64,000 nucleotides of DNA from Pseudomonadota bacterium (GTDB lineage Bacteria; Bdellovibrionota; FAC87; UBA2466): NCBI GenBank assembly GCA_043718025.1, contig JAYSWN010000068.1, forward strand, positions 32,001 to 96,000. Reading direction: 5' to 3'. The translations under genes and the position numbers were made by a program. Shown piece after piece: positions 17,567-27,698 of this stretch (its first letter is position 1; every line of letters begins with the position of its first letter). Below the pieces are notes generated by a model. That model searched no databases and was not told where the DNA came from. It worked only from the letters and a program-made list of their open reading frames with translations.

Positions 17567-17774
17567 ACCAGGAACCCGACAATAGGACACGGTACAGAAT
17601 AGAAACAAAAACTATATACATAAATATCAACATCACGATTCAACTAGATTTCATCTTGTACGACAGCTTAGAACACGACCTGAACGCAACTAGATAGCAA
17701 CTCGAAAACACAACATTAGAAAAACTATTCTTGCCGAATTTAAAGGGACTGTAGCAATACAGTCCCTTTTTTTT
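17567..17774 (+). ncRNA. Candidate ~200-nt A/C-rich small RNA
   Basis: Bounded by a sigma54 promoter and a plus-strand terminator; no ATG inside; repeated TAGA-containing motifs. Confidence 0.55.
17742..17774 (+). terminator. Rho-independent terminator (probably bidirectional)
   Basis: AAAGGGACTGTA-GCAA-TACAGTCCCTTT, with the T-run continuing on the plus strand. Confidence 0.85.
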
Positions 17775-19890
17775 ATTCTTTTTCTGAACTTAATTCTTTC
17801 TGTTCCTTTTTAACCAGGTGCGATTCAAAAAATCGCGTCATCGTTCGTGCCTGCTCTAAAATATTGCGCAGCTTAGTATTGCCGTGACCCTCGTCCGCAA
17901 AAATTTTCAGCTCTACTTCCACCCCTTTTTCTTTAAGCGAGGCGGCAATCTGTTCGGATTCCCCAACGGGAACTCGCGGGTCATTCGCGCCGTGAAAAAT
18001 GAGCAGCGGTGTCTTAATCTGCTCGACATAAGTCATGGGCGAAATCGACTTTAAGAATTCTTCGTCGGTTAAAGGGCCATATTCCGCTTCGCGCAGGGCT
18101 CGGCGGTAGGGTTTGGTATTTTGTAGGAAAGTCACAAAATTGGAGATCCCCACCGACTCAGAGGCCGCCGCGAACAGCTGCGGTTCAACCTGGATCATTC
18201 TCAACACCATGAATCCTCCGTAACTTCCGCCGTACAAAGCCAACTTTCCGGTGGAGGTGTGGCGCTTTTCAAGTAGCCACTTGGCGGCAAAAACACCGTC
18301 CTGAACGCTGTCCATCCGTTTTTTGTAGTCGTCCGCCATCGTAAAATCGCGGCCGTATCCGGTGCTTCCGCGCACGTTGGGGGCAAGAATGCCAAAGCCA
18401 TTTTGAAGAAAGTACTGAAACGTCTTGTTGAAGGTTGGCCGAAACTGCCCCTCGGGGCCTCCGTGAATGTAAACGATAAAGGGGATGTCGCGGACGGCAC
18501 CCTGCGGTCGGTACAGAAAGGCTGGAATCTCTTTGCCGTCGAAAGAGGGGTACGATACGAGCTCCTCCTTCAGAAAACAATTTTGGTCGAGATTTCCATT
18601 GGTAGATTGAGTCCACAAAATTGGTTTACCCGTCCCTTTGCTCTCCCATGCGTCCCAGGTGCGGCGTGAGTTTGAAAAGTTGTAGAAAATCGAATTGCCT
18701 TCGCCAAACCGGGCGGTGCCGATGACTCCGGTTTCTGTTTTAAGCTCTTGCCACTTGGACACGGTGGCGCCTTTGGCAGTAATATTCGCCCAACTGAAGG
18801 TGGCGTACCCGTCACGATTAATTGAAATGCCGATTCGTTCGCGTTTGTCGTCAAGCACCAGTTTTTCAATCTCACTTTTTTCCTGGGCGATCTGTCGCCC
18901 GGGGTATTTTTCGCCCATTCGATGAAGGAAAACTTCTCGTTTTCCGTTTGCCGCGTCGGAGATCAGAAAAAGTGATTTTGAATCAGCCGAAAAGCGCGGG
19001 TTTTCATTGTTTTGTGGGCCCGAATGTTGCGAGGGAATAGATATCTTTCTGTCGTCGATAGAAAACAATAGAATGTCAGAGTCGGTGGCGCTTTGGACCG
19101 CCTCTAGCGCGATCCATTTTTCATCTGGCGAGATATCATTGATGCGGTTAGATCCCTTGAGTTCCATCAGCCGCGTTGCCTTTAACGACACCATATCGAA
19201 GCGATAGAGATCCATGTCGGTGCCATTTCGCTCATTCGAGGTGAATGCGAACCAGCGCCCTGACTTGGCCCACAAGAGTGTTTCAACCCGCTTTTTGGCG
19301 TTCATAATAAGCGGCGTTACGGTTTTCTTCGTGGGCTCGATCATCTGTATGTCGTACTGTTCACTGCCTCCGGCATGCGTGGCCACCAAAACCCGATTGC
19401 CGTCGGGGCTGGGTTCGAAATAGGCAATGCCGTCGGGAAAGAAGGTGATCTGCTCGGGCCAATGGTTCGGCGACCTCATGTAATAGAGCTGCGGGGTCTC
19501 TCTCAGGTCAGAAATAAAGAAGAGGCCACCTTTTTTAGAGGGGTATGGCTGCTGCACAGCGGTAATTTGCATATAGGTTTCAACTGGGGGGCGAGCCTGG
19601 CAAACACCCGCCGGAAGGCTACCGACTGGTTCTGGCGCCCCGGTTAAAGGTGCCGTTTCTTTTGGGCCGGCTGACGCGCTCGGTTGGGGAGCTTCTATGA
19701 ACGACTCTTCGTCCTTTTTAGGTGCCAAGGGCCTTTTAATGGCGACGGGGGGCTTCTTTCCCTTGGCGGGGGAAGAGGGATTTTTTAGGTCGGCCGGGAT
19801 CGGCACGAACCCTTTTTTATGCTTGGGCTTTTCAGCCAGTAGCGCCAGGGGTAGAAGCACCAGAATCAAAAAAGTGAAAAGAGTTCGCAT
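17773..19890 (-). CDS. S9 family (prolyl oligopeptidase/acylaminoacyl peptidase) serine peptidase, exported
   Basis: Signal peptide, beta-propeller, IHGGPE, PNVRGSTGYG, GGSYGG nucleophile, GANDPRV, DEGHG. Confidence 0.93.
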   Translation of the reverse strand: MRTLFTFLILVLLPLALLAEKPKHKKGFVPIPADLKNPSSPAKGKKPPVAIKRPLAPKKDEESFIEAPQPSASAGPKETAPLTGAPEPVGSLPAGVCQARPPVETYMQITAVQQPYPSKKGGLFFISDLRETPQLYYMRSPNHWPEQITFFPDGIAYFEPSPDGNRVLVATHAGGSEQYDIQMIEPTKKTVTPLIMNAKKRVETLLWAKSGRWFAFTSNERNGTDMDLYRFDMVSLKATRLMELKGSNRINDISPDEKWIALEAVQSATDSDILLFSIDDRKISIPSQHSGPQNNENPRFSADSKSLFLISDAANGKREVFLHRMGEKYPGRQIAQEKSEIEKLVLDDKRERIGISINRDGYATFSWANITAKGATVSKWQELKTETGVIGTARFGEGNSIFYNFSNSRRTWDAWESKGTGKPILWTQSTNGNLDQNCFLKEELVSYPSFDGKEIPAFLYRPQGAVRDIPFIVYIHGGPEGQFRPTFNKTFQYFLQNGFGILAPNVRGSTGYGRDFTMADDYKKRMDSVQDGVFAAKWLLEKRHTSTGKLALYGGSYGGFMVLRMIQVEPQLFAAASESVGISNFVTFLQNTKPYRRALREAEYGPLTDEEFLKSISPMTYVEQIKTPLLIFHGANDPRVPVGESEQIAASLKEKGVEVELKIFADEGHGNTKLRNILEQARTMTRFFESHLVKKEQKELSSEKE

Positions 19891-20041
19891 AGATGTCGTC
19901 CTCAAAGCAGATGAAGAGTAGCCAAAAAAAAAATCGTACCTAAACTGTAAGTCTACCATTAGTGTGGCGAGCTTTTGGACGCCCGCCGAAGCTCATGTGG
20001 CTTAAAAAGAGGCTCAACGAACGGAAGGTTTGAGAAGCGGT

Positions 20042-21004
20042 ATGGATAAAGATCTTTATGAAATTTTAGGCGTCAAACGGGACGCTAGCGAAAGCGATGT
20101 TAAAAACGCTTTTCGCAAACTTGCCAAGCAGCACCATCCCGATAAAAACCCCGGCGACAAGGCGGCCGAGACCAGATTTAAAGAGGCGAACTTGGCGTAT
20201 GAGGTATTAAAAGATCCGACCAAACGAGCCCGCTATGATCAGGCTCGTATTTATGGGGGGGGCCCCGGCACGGGCGCCGGTGGTGGTCAGTGGAAGAGTT
20301 CGCCCGGTTTTAAGCCCGAAGACATGTTTCAAGACTTTGGTTTGGGTGACCTTTTTCAAGAGATTTTTGGCGGCGGTGGCGGCGGCGGCTTCAATGCTGG
20401 CCGCGGTGATATGGGGCGCGATTTTGGCGGCGGGTTTGGTGGTAGTGGACGGCGCGGTTTTGGAGCCCGGCGCGGATCCGATTTTGAAGCTCAATTGGAG
20501 ATTAGTCTTCCCGACGCGGTGCGCGGCGCCGAAAAAACGGTAAACGTGAGCGGTGGAAAGCGGCTTACGGTTAAAATTCCCGAGGGAATCGACGAGGGCG
20601 CAAAGATTCGGCTCAGTGGTCAGGGGCAGCCGGGTGCCAACGGTGGCCCCGCCGGTGATCTCATTGTGCAGATCCAAATTGCGTCTCATTCGATTTTTCG
20701 ACGCGAGGGCGACAACTTAATTGCCCGACTTCCCATTTCATTCTCGGAAGCGGTTCTCGGTGGCGAGGTGGGGGTGCCCACGATCGACGGCCAAGTAACC
20801 ATGCGAATTCCCGCCGGTGTCTCAAGCGGCCAAAAGCTAAAGTTGTCAGGTAAAGGGGTTAAAAACTCGCGCACGGGCCAAAAGGGCGATCAGCTTGTGG
20901 AGCTAATGATTCGCGTTCCATCCGTGAGCGATCCGCTTTACGTGGAAGCGGCGGAAAAGCTGCGCGGGAGTTCATTCGATCCGCGTGAGAATTTAATCAA
21001 ATGA
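20042..21004 (+). CDS. Class B J-domain chaperone (DnaJ/CbpA-like, no zinc finger)
   Basis: J-domain with HPD, G/F-rich linker, DnaJ_C domain; no CxxCxGxG repeats. Confidence 0.92.
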   Translation: MDKDLYEILGVKRDASESDVKNAFRKLAKQHHPDKNPGDKAAETRFKEANLAYEVLKDPTKRARYDQARIYGGGPGTGAGGGQWKSSPGFKPEDMFQDFGLGDLFQEIFGGGGGGGFNAGRGDMGRDFGGGFGGSGRRGFGARRGSDFEAQLEISLPDAVRGAEKTVNVSGGKRLTVKIPEGIDEGAKIRLSGQGQPGANGGPAGDLIVQIQIASHSIFRREGDNLIARLPISFSEAVLGGEVGVPTIDGQVTMRIPAGVSSGQKLKLSGKGVKNSRTGQKGDQLVELMIRVPSVSDPLYVEAAEKLRGSSFDPRENLIK

Positions 21005-21564
21005 GCAAGGCGTTTACCAAAGAAGGAAACGAAGAGCCGGTCGATTTAGAAGATCAGACTGTTGAGACAGATCCTCTCCCCGCCGGCGCAAAGAACTATA
21101 TTACACCGGCCGGGTTGAAGCGATTGGTCGATGAGCACAAGCATCTTTTAGATGTAGAGCGCCCTAAAGTGGTCGAAGTCGTGGCCTGGGCGGCCGGCAA
21201 CGGAGATCGTTCTGAAAATGCCGACTACATTTACGGTAAGCGTCGTTTGCGGGAGATCGATCGTCGCGTGCGCTTTCTTGGCAAGCGTATTGAAGCGGCG
21301 GAGCCGATCGATCCCATCCAGCAAAACAACGACTCAGTTCGTTTCGGCGCCACCGTTCGTGTCGCCGACGAAGACGGAGTGGAAAGAACTTACGCCATTG
21401 TGGGAATTGACGAGTCGAATCCCAAATTAGGTCACATCAGTTGGATCTCGCCCCTTGGTAAAGCTCTGCTCAAAACCAAGGTGGGAGATAGCATTACGGT
21501 AAGGATGCCCAAGGGAGAACAAGATCTCGAGATTAGGGCGATTGAATATAAGAGCCTGGTTTAA
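21001..21564 (+). CDS. greB: Transcription elongation factor GreB
   Basis: [31 protein letters not shown] and ISWISPLG. Confidence 0.95.
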   Translation: MSKAFTKEGNEEPVDLEDQTVETDPLPAGAKNYITPAGLKRLVDEHKHLLDVERPKVVEVVAWAAGNGDRSENADYIYGKRRLREIDRRVRFLGKRIEAAEPIDPIQQNNDSVRFGATVRVADEDGVERTYAIVGIDESNPKLGHISWISPLGKALLKTKVGDSITVRMPKGEQDLEIRAIEYKSLV

Positions 21565-21581
21565 GCCCTGCGACTAACGTC

Positions 21582-22508
21582 TTATTTATTGTAGCTGCCT
21601 TGGGTGAGATTTTGGCCGCGACTACGATTCAGTAGGGAATCTGCTTGCGGTGAAGCCAACTGGCGTTGTCCACGAAATAACAAACTCTTTCCATCCAAAA
21701 AGCCGCGCAGTGGTTTTAGGTATCGTTCAAAAAAGGAAAATAGGGCGTCGCCTTCTTCATGAATTAAGTTCTTCCCCTTGATTTTTTCAAAGGCGATGAA
21801 TTTGGGGATGCTGTCGTGCGAATTACGCTCCGGATGTGGAAAAAGCTCGCTCAAAATTTTACCTTGAAAGATCTTTTGGGCGGGATCATCAATCACTACC
21901 GAATGAAAAACCACGTCGGTCTGAGGATTTGCTTTTAAGTAGCTCTCAATTAGCGTGCGGTACTCTCGGCAACTGGAACACCAGCTCGCCGAGAACAGAA
22001 ACAAGTTAAATTTTTCTTCGTCCTGCTCTTCCATAAACGATTTAATAAATCGAAGTTGTTTGAAGTCGGCCAGAACATCCGGATTTTTGCCGCGAAGTAG
22101 GTCATTAATTTGGATTCGGTCGGGAATCGAAAGCGTATCGAGAGCGCTGCGGGTTAGACTGATTTTGTGGCTCACTATGCGCGGCGCCACGCGAACTCTT
22201 TCGCCCGTAGCCACCACGGTTGATAGCAACAAGCTTCGTTTGCGCCAACTATCTCGTATGCCGTCCCATTGGCGATCAATTGCACTGAGATCATCGGCGG
22301 AGAGCAATTGGCTTGCCTCATTGGTTAGGCCACGAAAGGGAAGAATGTCATTTTGGGTTCGGCCTTCGCGAAAATCGATGCTGAAGGGCAGATAATAGAG
22401 GCGGTACATATACAACAACTTGTTTACAGATTTGGGCGCCATTTCACTACGCGCGGGGGCGGCCAAAATCATCAAACTGAGAAATAGTATGTGGATGCCG
22501 TACTTCAT
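21582..22508 (-). CDS. Exported protein with thioredoxin-like CxxC domain
   Basis: Signal peptide; FSASWCSSC; SIPKF cis-Pro-like loop. Confidence 0.65.
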   Translation of the reverse strand: MKYGIHILFLSLMILAAPARSEMAPKSVNKLLYMYRLYYLPFSIDFREGRTQNDILPFRGLTNEASQLLSADDLSAIDRQWDGIRDSWRKRSLLLSTVVATGERVRVAPRIVSHKISLTRSALDTLSIPDRIQINDLLRGKNPDVLADFKQLRFIKSFMEEQDEEKFNLFLFSASWCSSCREYRTLIESYLKANPQTDVVFHSVVIDDPAQKIFQGKILSELFPHPERNSHDSIPKFIAFEKIKGKNLIHEEGDALFSFFERYLKPLRGFLDGKSLLFRGQRQLASPQADSLLNRSRGQNLTQGSYNK

Positions 22509-22531
22509 TGGGTTGCTCTATGGATAAGGAG

Positions 22532-22547
22532 TGCAAGGTTAGTGCCT
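22532..22547 (-). promoter_or_regulatory. Putative sigma54 promoter
   Basis: Minus strand AGGCAC-TAACC-TTGCA, near consensus. Confidence 0.65.
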
Positions 22548-22685
22548 TGTTAAGTAATTGAAATTAAATGTGTATTCATTCTGTCCAGGGTTGGAAATCG
22601 TGCTTTTTTTGGTCGGATGTAAGGGCAGATGACAGATAGCAATTTATTTACCCGCTTTGCCTTAATTCCACTAAAACAGTTCCCG

Positions 22686-23828
22686 ATGACCTCTCCCCTT
22701 CAGCACGCGCGTGGCTTTGGTTTGTATCTTCATTTTCCCTATTGTCGCCATCGCTGCTCGTATTGCGATTTTTTCTCCTCGGTGGAATACAGTGACGATT
22801 CATTCCAAACCTTCGGCGCAGCCATTTGTGCCGAGATCGATCGCGAAGCGGAGGCGCTTAAGCCAAATTTTTTGATGGGTGAAGTGACCTCAATTTTCTG
22901 GGGCGGGGGGACGCCGTCACTTTTCCCCTCGTCGGTTATGGAAGTGATTTCAAAAAAGCTCTCCCAACGATGGAAATTTAGCCCAGAGTTAGAATTTACG
23001 ATCGAAGCTAATCCCGAAACGGTCACCCAAGAGAAAGCCGACGCCTGGCGCGCAATCGGAATTAACCGCGTGAGCCTCGGCGTGCAAAGCACTTCGCAAA
23101 AATACCTCGACCTCTTAGATCGCCGCGTATCGCTGGAGTCCATCCCCCGCGCCGTTCAGTTTCTCCGCCAAGCGGGTCTTCGGAACTTCAGCTGCGATTT
23201 GATTTTCGGTATTCCAGATCAGACCGAAACCGAAATTGAAGCCGATATCGTAGCGATTGCTGAATTAAATCCTCGCCACATTAGTAGTTACAATCTGACG
23301 CTCAAGCCCGGCCACCCCCTCTATAAAAAGCTGCCCGATAACGATCGCTCCGCTGCGCTTTACATTAAGGTGATCCAATCTTTAGTTGAGCGGGGGTATG
23401 CCCAATACGAAATTTCTAACTTTGCGACTCCCGGATTCGAAAGTCGGCACAATTTACTTTACTGGTCGGGCGGAGATTTTTTAGGTTTGGGCCCCTCCGC
23501 CTCAACGCGTTTTTTTAAAGGCGGACAATTTCATCACCGTAAGAATGTTTCTGATCTTAAAGCTTACTTCGATGGCAAAACGCCGCCCACTTTTGAGCCC
23601 ACCAGCGGTCAGCAAGCCGTGCTCGAATCATTATTTCTAGAACTTCGCAAAAATGAAGGGGTAAACCTGCACGATTTTAAGAGTCGTTATGGTTATGCTC
23701 CGGATAAGGCTTCTAAATTTGCCCTTTATCAACGCCAAGGGCTGCTGGTCGTAGACGGAGATTTTTTACGCCTTACCGATCGCGGAAGAATGCTGGCTGA
23801 TTCAGTGACGCCGGGATTATTGGATTAA
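22686..23828 (+). CDS. hemW: Radical SAM heme chaperone HemW (HemN-like)
   Basis: YLHFPYCRHRCSYCDF, GGGTPS, EANP, YEISNF, HNLLYW. Alternative start at 22629. Confidence 0.92.
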   Translation: MTSPLQHARGFGLYLHFPYCRHRCSYCDFFSSVEYSDDSFQTFGAAICAEIDREAEALKPNFLMGEVTSIFWGGGTPSLFPSSVMEVISKKLSQRWKFSPELEFTIEANPETVTQEKADAWRAIGINRVSLGVQSTSQKYLDLLDRRVSLESIPRAVQFLRQAGLRNFSCDLIFGIPDQTETEIEADIVAIAELNPRHISSYNLTLKPGHPLYKKLPDNDRSAALYIKVIQSLVERGYAQYEISNFATPGFESRHNLLYWSGGDFLGLGPSASTRFFKGGQFHHRKNVSDLKAYFDGKTPPTFEPTSGQQAVLESLFLELRKNEGVNLHDFKSRYGYAPDKASKFALYQRQGLLVVDGDFLRLTDRGRMLADSVTPGLLD

Positions 23829-23870
23829 AAGACCGGATCACCGCTAAGTTGTTTTATATGTTTAGTAATA

Positions 23871-23925
23871 TGGCGGAAGAGGCGAAGAGACAGTCCTCTT
23901 GAGAACAGCTCACTGCGCCCCTTCC
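23871..23925 (-). other. tRNA(Ser/Sec)-like minihelix element ending in G-CCA
   Basis: GGAAGGGGCG pairs with CGCCTCTTCC, followed by GCCA; two internal hairpins; too short for a tRNA. Confidence 0.4.
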
Positions 23926-23968
23926 ACATTATGCTTGCTTGAAATTCAAATCCGCGTCGTCGGGTCGA

Positions 23969-24436
23969 TTAAAACGGAACTTCGTCGTCGCTGATAGGGC
24001 TTTGGGCCTTCTGAAAGCCTGTATCGCTTGGTGTTTCAAAAACTCCGCCGCCCGCAGGGGGTTGGTATTCAGAGTTACCAGCTCCGGCTCCAGCACGGTC
24101 ACCCGGTCCTCCTAAGAACTGAACGTTGGAGGCCACAATTTCGGTGGTGTAGCGTTTGCCACCCTCTTTGTCGGTCCACTCACGGGTCTGTAGCTTACCT
24201 TCCAAGAATGCCTGGCGCCCCTTGGATAGGTATTGGCCGCAAAGTTCGCCCAACTTTCCCCAAACGACAACGCGGTGCCATTCGGTGCGCTCTTGCTTCT
24301 GACCGGCTTTGTCCAACCAGCTTTCGTTCGTTGCCATATTGAAATTGGCAACGGCACCGCCGTTAGTGGTGTACCGCACTTCAGGGTCGTTTCCTAAACG
24401 ACCTAAGAGAAACACTTTATTCAAACCGCTAGCCAT
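23969..24436 (-). CDS. ssb: Single-stranded DNA-binding protein
   Basis: [22 protein letters not shown]-terminal DDEVPF; RBS GGAGG. Confidence 0.97.
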   Translation of the reverse strand: MASGLNKVFLLGRLGNDPEVRYTTNGGAVANFNMATNESWLDKAGQKQERTEWHRVVVWGKLGELCGQYLSKGRQAFLEGKLQTREWTDKEGGKRYTTEIVASNVQFLGGPGDRAGAGAGNSEYQPPAGGGVFETPSDTGFQKAQSPISDDEVPF

Positions 24437-24522
24437 GGAACCTCCAAAAAAACTGTACAATAATAAAACGACACTATCGCTTCATCGTTTTTTTTCCGTC
24501 AATCGAATAAGGAGAGCTTCCT

Positions 24523-25014
24523 TTGAAACTCGAAGACGACCTCGAAATCCGCCGCACCCCAATACTGACGGGCCACGCCGAGTGTCCCGTGATGAGCCGT
24601 TTCATCGCCCGCGCTATCGATGCGTTGGTGATATCGGCCGTCTATTTGTTACTTTCGGTGATTGGCCGGCCCCTGGCCATTGTCACCGCCGCGCTTTATG
24701 CGGTGCTTCAAGATTCGTTTGGCGCAGGCCAGAGCATTGGCAAGCGGATAATCGGCTTGAGGGTGATCGATGACGCGACGGGTCTACCCTGTTCCTTTGC
24801 CGCATCCTTTTTTCGTAACGTGCCGTTCTTATTGTGGGTCGTTTTTGCCACCATTCCCACGCTTTGGGGGTTCTGGGTGTTATTGGCCTTGCCGCTAGTG
24901 GGGTTTGAAATTTACCTACTGTTCGTCTTGGACTCAGGCACTCGCTTGGGCGACGTGCTTGGTAATACCCGGGTGAGCGAACAAGTTGATCTGCCGTTGA
25001 CGCCGCACGCCTAA
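24523..25014 (+). CDS. RDD family membrane protein
   Basis: RFIARAID, GQSIGKRIIGLRV, RLGD..GNTRV. Confidence 0.88.
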   Translation: MKLEDDLEIRRTPILTGHAECPVMSRFIARAIDALVISAVYLLLSVIGRPLAIVTAALYAVLQDSFGAGQSIGKRIIGLRVIDDATGLPCSFAASFFRNVPFLLWVVFATIPTLWGFWVLLALPLVGFEIYLLFVLDSGTRLGDVLGNTRVSEQVDLPLTPHA

Positions 25015-25194
25015 GCTTTTGCCCCATTTCTGTTCTGCGCCAGCTTCCCCATTTAGGCTATACTTAATGGCGAGGCCTTTCGGGCCGTTTTTCGGACGTT
25101 TTCAAACTCCTTTTTTTAAGCAATCCAAATCGATTTGAAAAATAGCGGATTTTTAGGTTCGCAATTTTTTTTGCACCTATGAGGGTTTTTTACT

Positions 25195-26283
25195 TTGGGA
25201 ATTTTTGGTTCTTGGTTTGAAAAACGTCTGGTGGGTCTCGACATCGGCGTTTCCGGGATCAAAGCCGTAGAGCTTTCTGGTCGGGCCGATGCCCCCCGGC
25301 TTGCGGCCTACAACCGTATCCCTTTGCCGTGGGACGCGATTTCTCCCGAAGGCGAAATACGTAAGCGCGAGGCGGTGGTCAAGGCTTTGAAAAAGCTTTT
25401 TGAAAGCCGCAATTTCAGCTCTCGTTTCGTGGCGGTGGGCGCTTCAGGCAATGCCATCATCACGAAAAAAATTTCGGTTCCTAAGATGACCGAAGGCGAA
25501 TTGAGAGACCAGCTTTACTGGGAAGCCGAACAGTACATTCCGTTTCCGGTGAACGATGTAAATTTAGATTTTGCGATAATTGGTAATAGCCAGAACACCT
25601 CCCCGGAAGGGGCCGCCCTCATGGACGTGCTGCTGGTTGCCGCGAAAAAAGAGTACATCCAGTCGATGTCCGCGCTAATTCAGGAGGCCGGTCTGATTCC
25701 CAAAGTAATCGACAACCAATCCTTTGCGCTCGGTAATTCTTTTGAATTCAATTACGGCGTGCTGATCAGCGAACACGCGGGAATGTCGACCAACGTCATT
25801 ATTGATTTCGGAGCGGGCAGCACCAAACTCTCGATTGTGGAAGGGGATAAAACCACTTTTACCCGAGATCTTCCCCAAAGCGGAATTGGCTGCACCATGT
25901 TGCTTAGTGAGAGACTAGGAATTTCGATCGAAGATGCCGAGCGTTTAAAAATTCAGCAACCTGATCAAGAGGCGGTTGAAGCGGTCCTTAACGACTATAA
26001 CCGCGGCATTGTCGATGAAATTGGACGGACCATGGATTTTGCCATTTCTCATAACCACGAAGCCGGCATTCAAGGAATTTACATATGCGGCGGAGCTTCG
26101 CGAACCTTGGGATTGATCGAATTATTGGCCGAATCCTTACCCGCGCCAGTTCGTCCGTTAAATCCGGTGCAAGGCATCTCGGGCACGGGCCGAAAAATGA
26201 GTGCGCAGGCGATACGTGAGCTTTCGTACCTTGGAGCGGTGGCCATCGGCTTAGCGTTGCGCATGCCGGGAGACGCACGATGA
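25195..26283 (+). CDS. pilM: Type IVa pilus assembly protein PilM
   Basis: VGLDIG, EAEQYIPF, LLVAAKK, IDFGA; first gene of pilMNOPQ. Confidence 0.95.
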   Translation: MGIFGSWFEKRLVGLDIGVSGIKAVELSGRADAPRLAAYNRIPLPWDAISPEGEIRKREAVVKALKKLFESRNFSSRFVAVGASGNAIITKKISVPKMTEGELRDQLYWEAEQYIPFPVNDVNLDFAIIGNSQNTSPEGAALMDVLLVAAKKEYIQSMSALIQEAGLIPKVIDNQSFALGNSFEFNYGVLISEHAGMSTNVIIDFGAGSTKLSIVEGDKTTFTRDLPQSGIGCTMLLSERLGISIEDAERLKIQQPDQEAVEAVLNDYNRGIVDEIGRTMDFAISHNHEAGIQGIYICGGASRTLGLIELLAESLPAPVRPLNPVQGISGTGRKMSAQAIRELSYLGAVAIGLALRMPGDAR

Positions 26284-27128
26284 TACGCATCGATTTAGGC
26301 ACCGAAGACCTCGGCGGGAAAGGATCTAAGAATCCGTTAAAGAAACTGTTCGACCGTTTGCGCATGCGCAATGCCAAACCGCGAGCCAGTGCCGATCCTT
26401 TTGCTTCCAGCTCGGCCGGCTTGCTCACTAAGCTGTCCGGAGTCGGCACCTTATTGCTGGTCTTAGTTGCCTTAGCTGGCGCCGTCGTGCCGCACATCTT
26501 TTATGCGCAATACCGAGACTTCGTCGTAAAAAAGAATGAGGAGTCTAAGAAAGAGCTTGAGTCAACTCTGGCCGGCTTAACCAAAGAGATTTCGCGCCTG
26601 GTGCCGTTTCAAAAAGAACTAGAGAGCTATGAAGCCCAGAAAAAACTTTTACGCGAACGGCTCGATCTGATTCAGAACCTGCTGTCGTCTCGAGGCACCC
26701 CGGTAAATGTATTAGATGCCGTTGGCCAAAGCCTCCCCGTCAAGGCGTGGTTGACCTCAATTGATTTCGACGCCAGGCCGGCGCGTCCGCTCATCACGTT
26801 AGTTGGTCAGGCAATCACTAACGACGAAGTGGCTGACTATCTCGATAAACTGGGCGAGTCGGTTTACTTGAATGAAGTGGCGCTTGATTCACTTACCTTC
26901 ACCAAGGGGAGTGGAACCCTTTCCAGCAGCGACGTGAAGAGCTTTCAACTGTCGCTGTTCCCCAAAGGTTTGGCTTCGGCAACGCAGCGGGCGATCGCGA
27001 AAGTACCCACTCCGGCGCCCGTTTCGGTTCCGGTGGCGGAGACCGGGGCGGCGGTGGAAGGCGGTGCGGCGAAGGATGGCGGCACAGTGGTGAAAAAAAC
27101 TAACTTGTTTAAGAGGAGAAAACAGTGA
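26280..27128 (+). CDS. pilN: Type IVa pilus assembly protein PilN
   Basis: MIRIDL N-terminus, TM helix, coiled coil, P..WLT; synteny. Confidence 0.88.
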   Translation: MIRIDLGTEDLGGKGSKNPLKKLFDRLRMRNAKPRASADPFASSSAGLLTKLSGVGTLLLVLVALAGAVVPHIFYAQYRDFVVKKNEESKKELESTLAGLTKEISRLVPFQKELESYEAQKKLLRERLDLIQNLLSSRGTPVNVLDAVGQSLPVKAWLTSIDFDARPARPLITLVGQAITNDEVADYLDKLGESVYLNEVALDSLTFTKGSGTLSSSDVKSFQLSLFPKGLASATQRAIAKVPTPAPVSVPVAETGAAVEGGAAKDGGTVVKKTNLFKRRKQ

Positions 27129-27694
27129 AGGCCAAACTTCTCTTCTCACTCATGATCTTTTTGGGCGGCGTTGGATTTGCAGCCTACGAGTACTATGAAT
27201 TCGTAAATACCGAAGTGGCCGAAATGGAAGTTGAGCAAGAGGCGATCAAGAAAAAGGTCATGGCAAAGCAGGCCGACTATAATCGCCTAAAGGGGTTCGC
27301 GCAGAATATTGAGACCGTAAAGCAAGAGCTTCGCGAATTGAATCTTCAACTCGAATCAGCGCTGGAGCATTTGCCCAAGACCTTTAACCTGTCGGCGTTG
27401 TTGCGCAAACTCACCAGTCTGGCGCAAAATTCAGGGGTTGAACTGGCGAGTTTTAAACCCGAAAAAAGTGAAACTCGGGGAGAAGGGCAGTTTTTCTCAT
27501 CCATAAAAATTGATTTTGAACTTAAAGGCACCTTCGCTCAGAGCTTACTATTTTTTGACCAACTAACCAGGCTCAAGCGAATCGTAAACTTAGAAAATCT
27601 TAAGATCAGCTCTCGCGAAGTGGCTTCCAATAAAGGTTCAGTCACGGTGGCAGAGCTTTCCGGTAGCATGCGCACCTACCGTTTTACGGAGTGA
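27125..27694 (+). CDS. pilO: Type IVa pilus assembly protein PilO
   Basis: TM helix, coiled coil, LP....LL, RIVN, TYRF; synteny. Confidence 0.9.
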   Translation: MKAKLLFSLMIFLGGVGFAAYEYYEFVNTEVAEMEVEQEAIKKKVMAKQADYNRLKGFAQNIETVKQELRELNLQLESALEHLPKTFNLSALLRKLTSLAQNSGVELASFKPEKSETRGEGQFFSSIKIDFELKGTFAQSLLFFDQLTRLKRIVNLENLKISSREVASNKGSVTVAELSGSMRTYRFTE

Positions 27695-27698
27695 AACG

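Noticed and set aside
17561..17720. CRISPR array or CsrB-type RNA
   Set aside because: Repeats are only 4-9 nt and irregularly spaced, there are no cas genes, and only two GGA motifs occur before the terminator.
20260..20475. GGC/GGT-rich tandem-like repeats
   Set aside because: They encode the normal G/F-rich linker of the J-domain protein.
23871..23968. Full tRNA-Sec or tRNA-Ser gene
   Set aside because: The paired ends enclose only 55 nt, with no D arm, anticodon arm or TTCRA loop. Kept only as a tRNA-like element.
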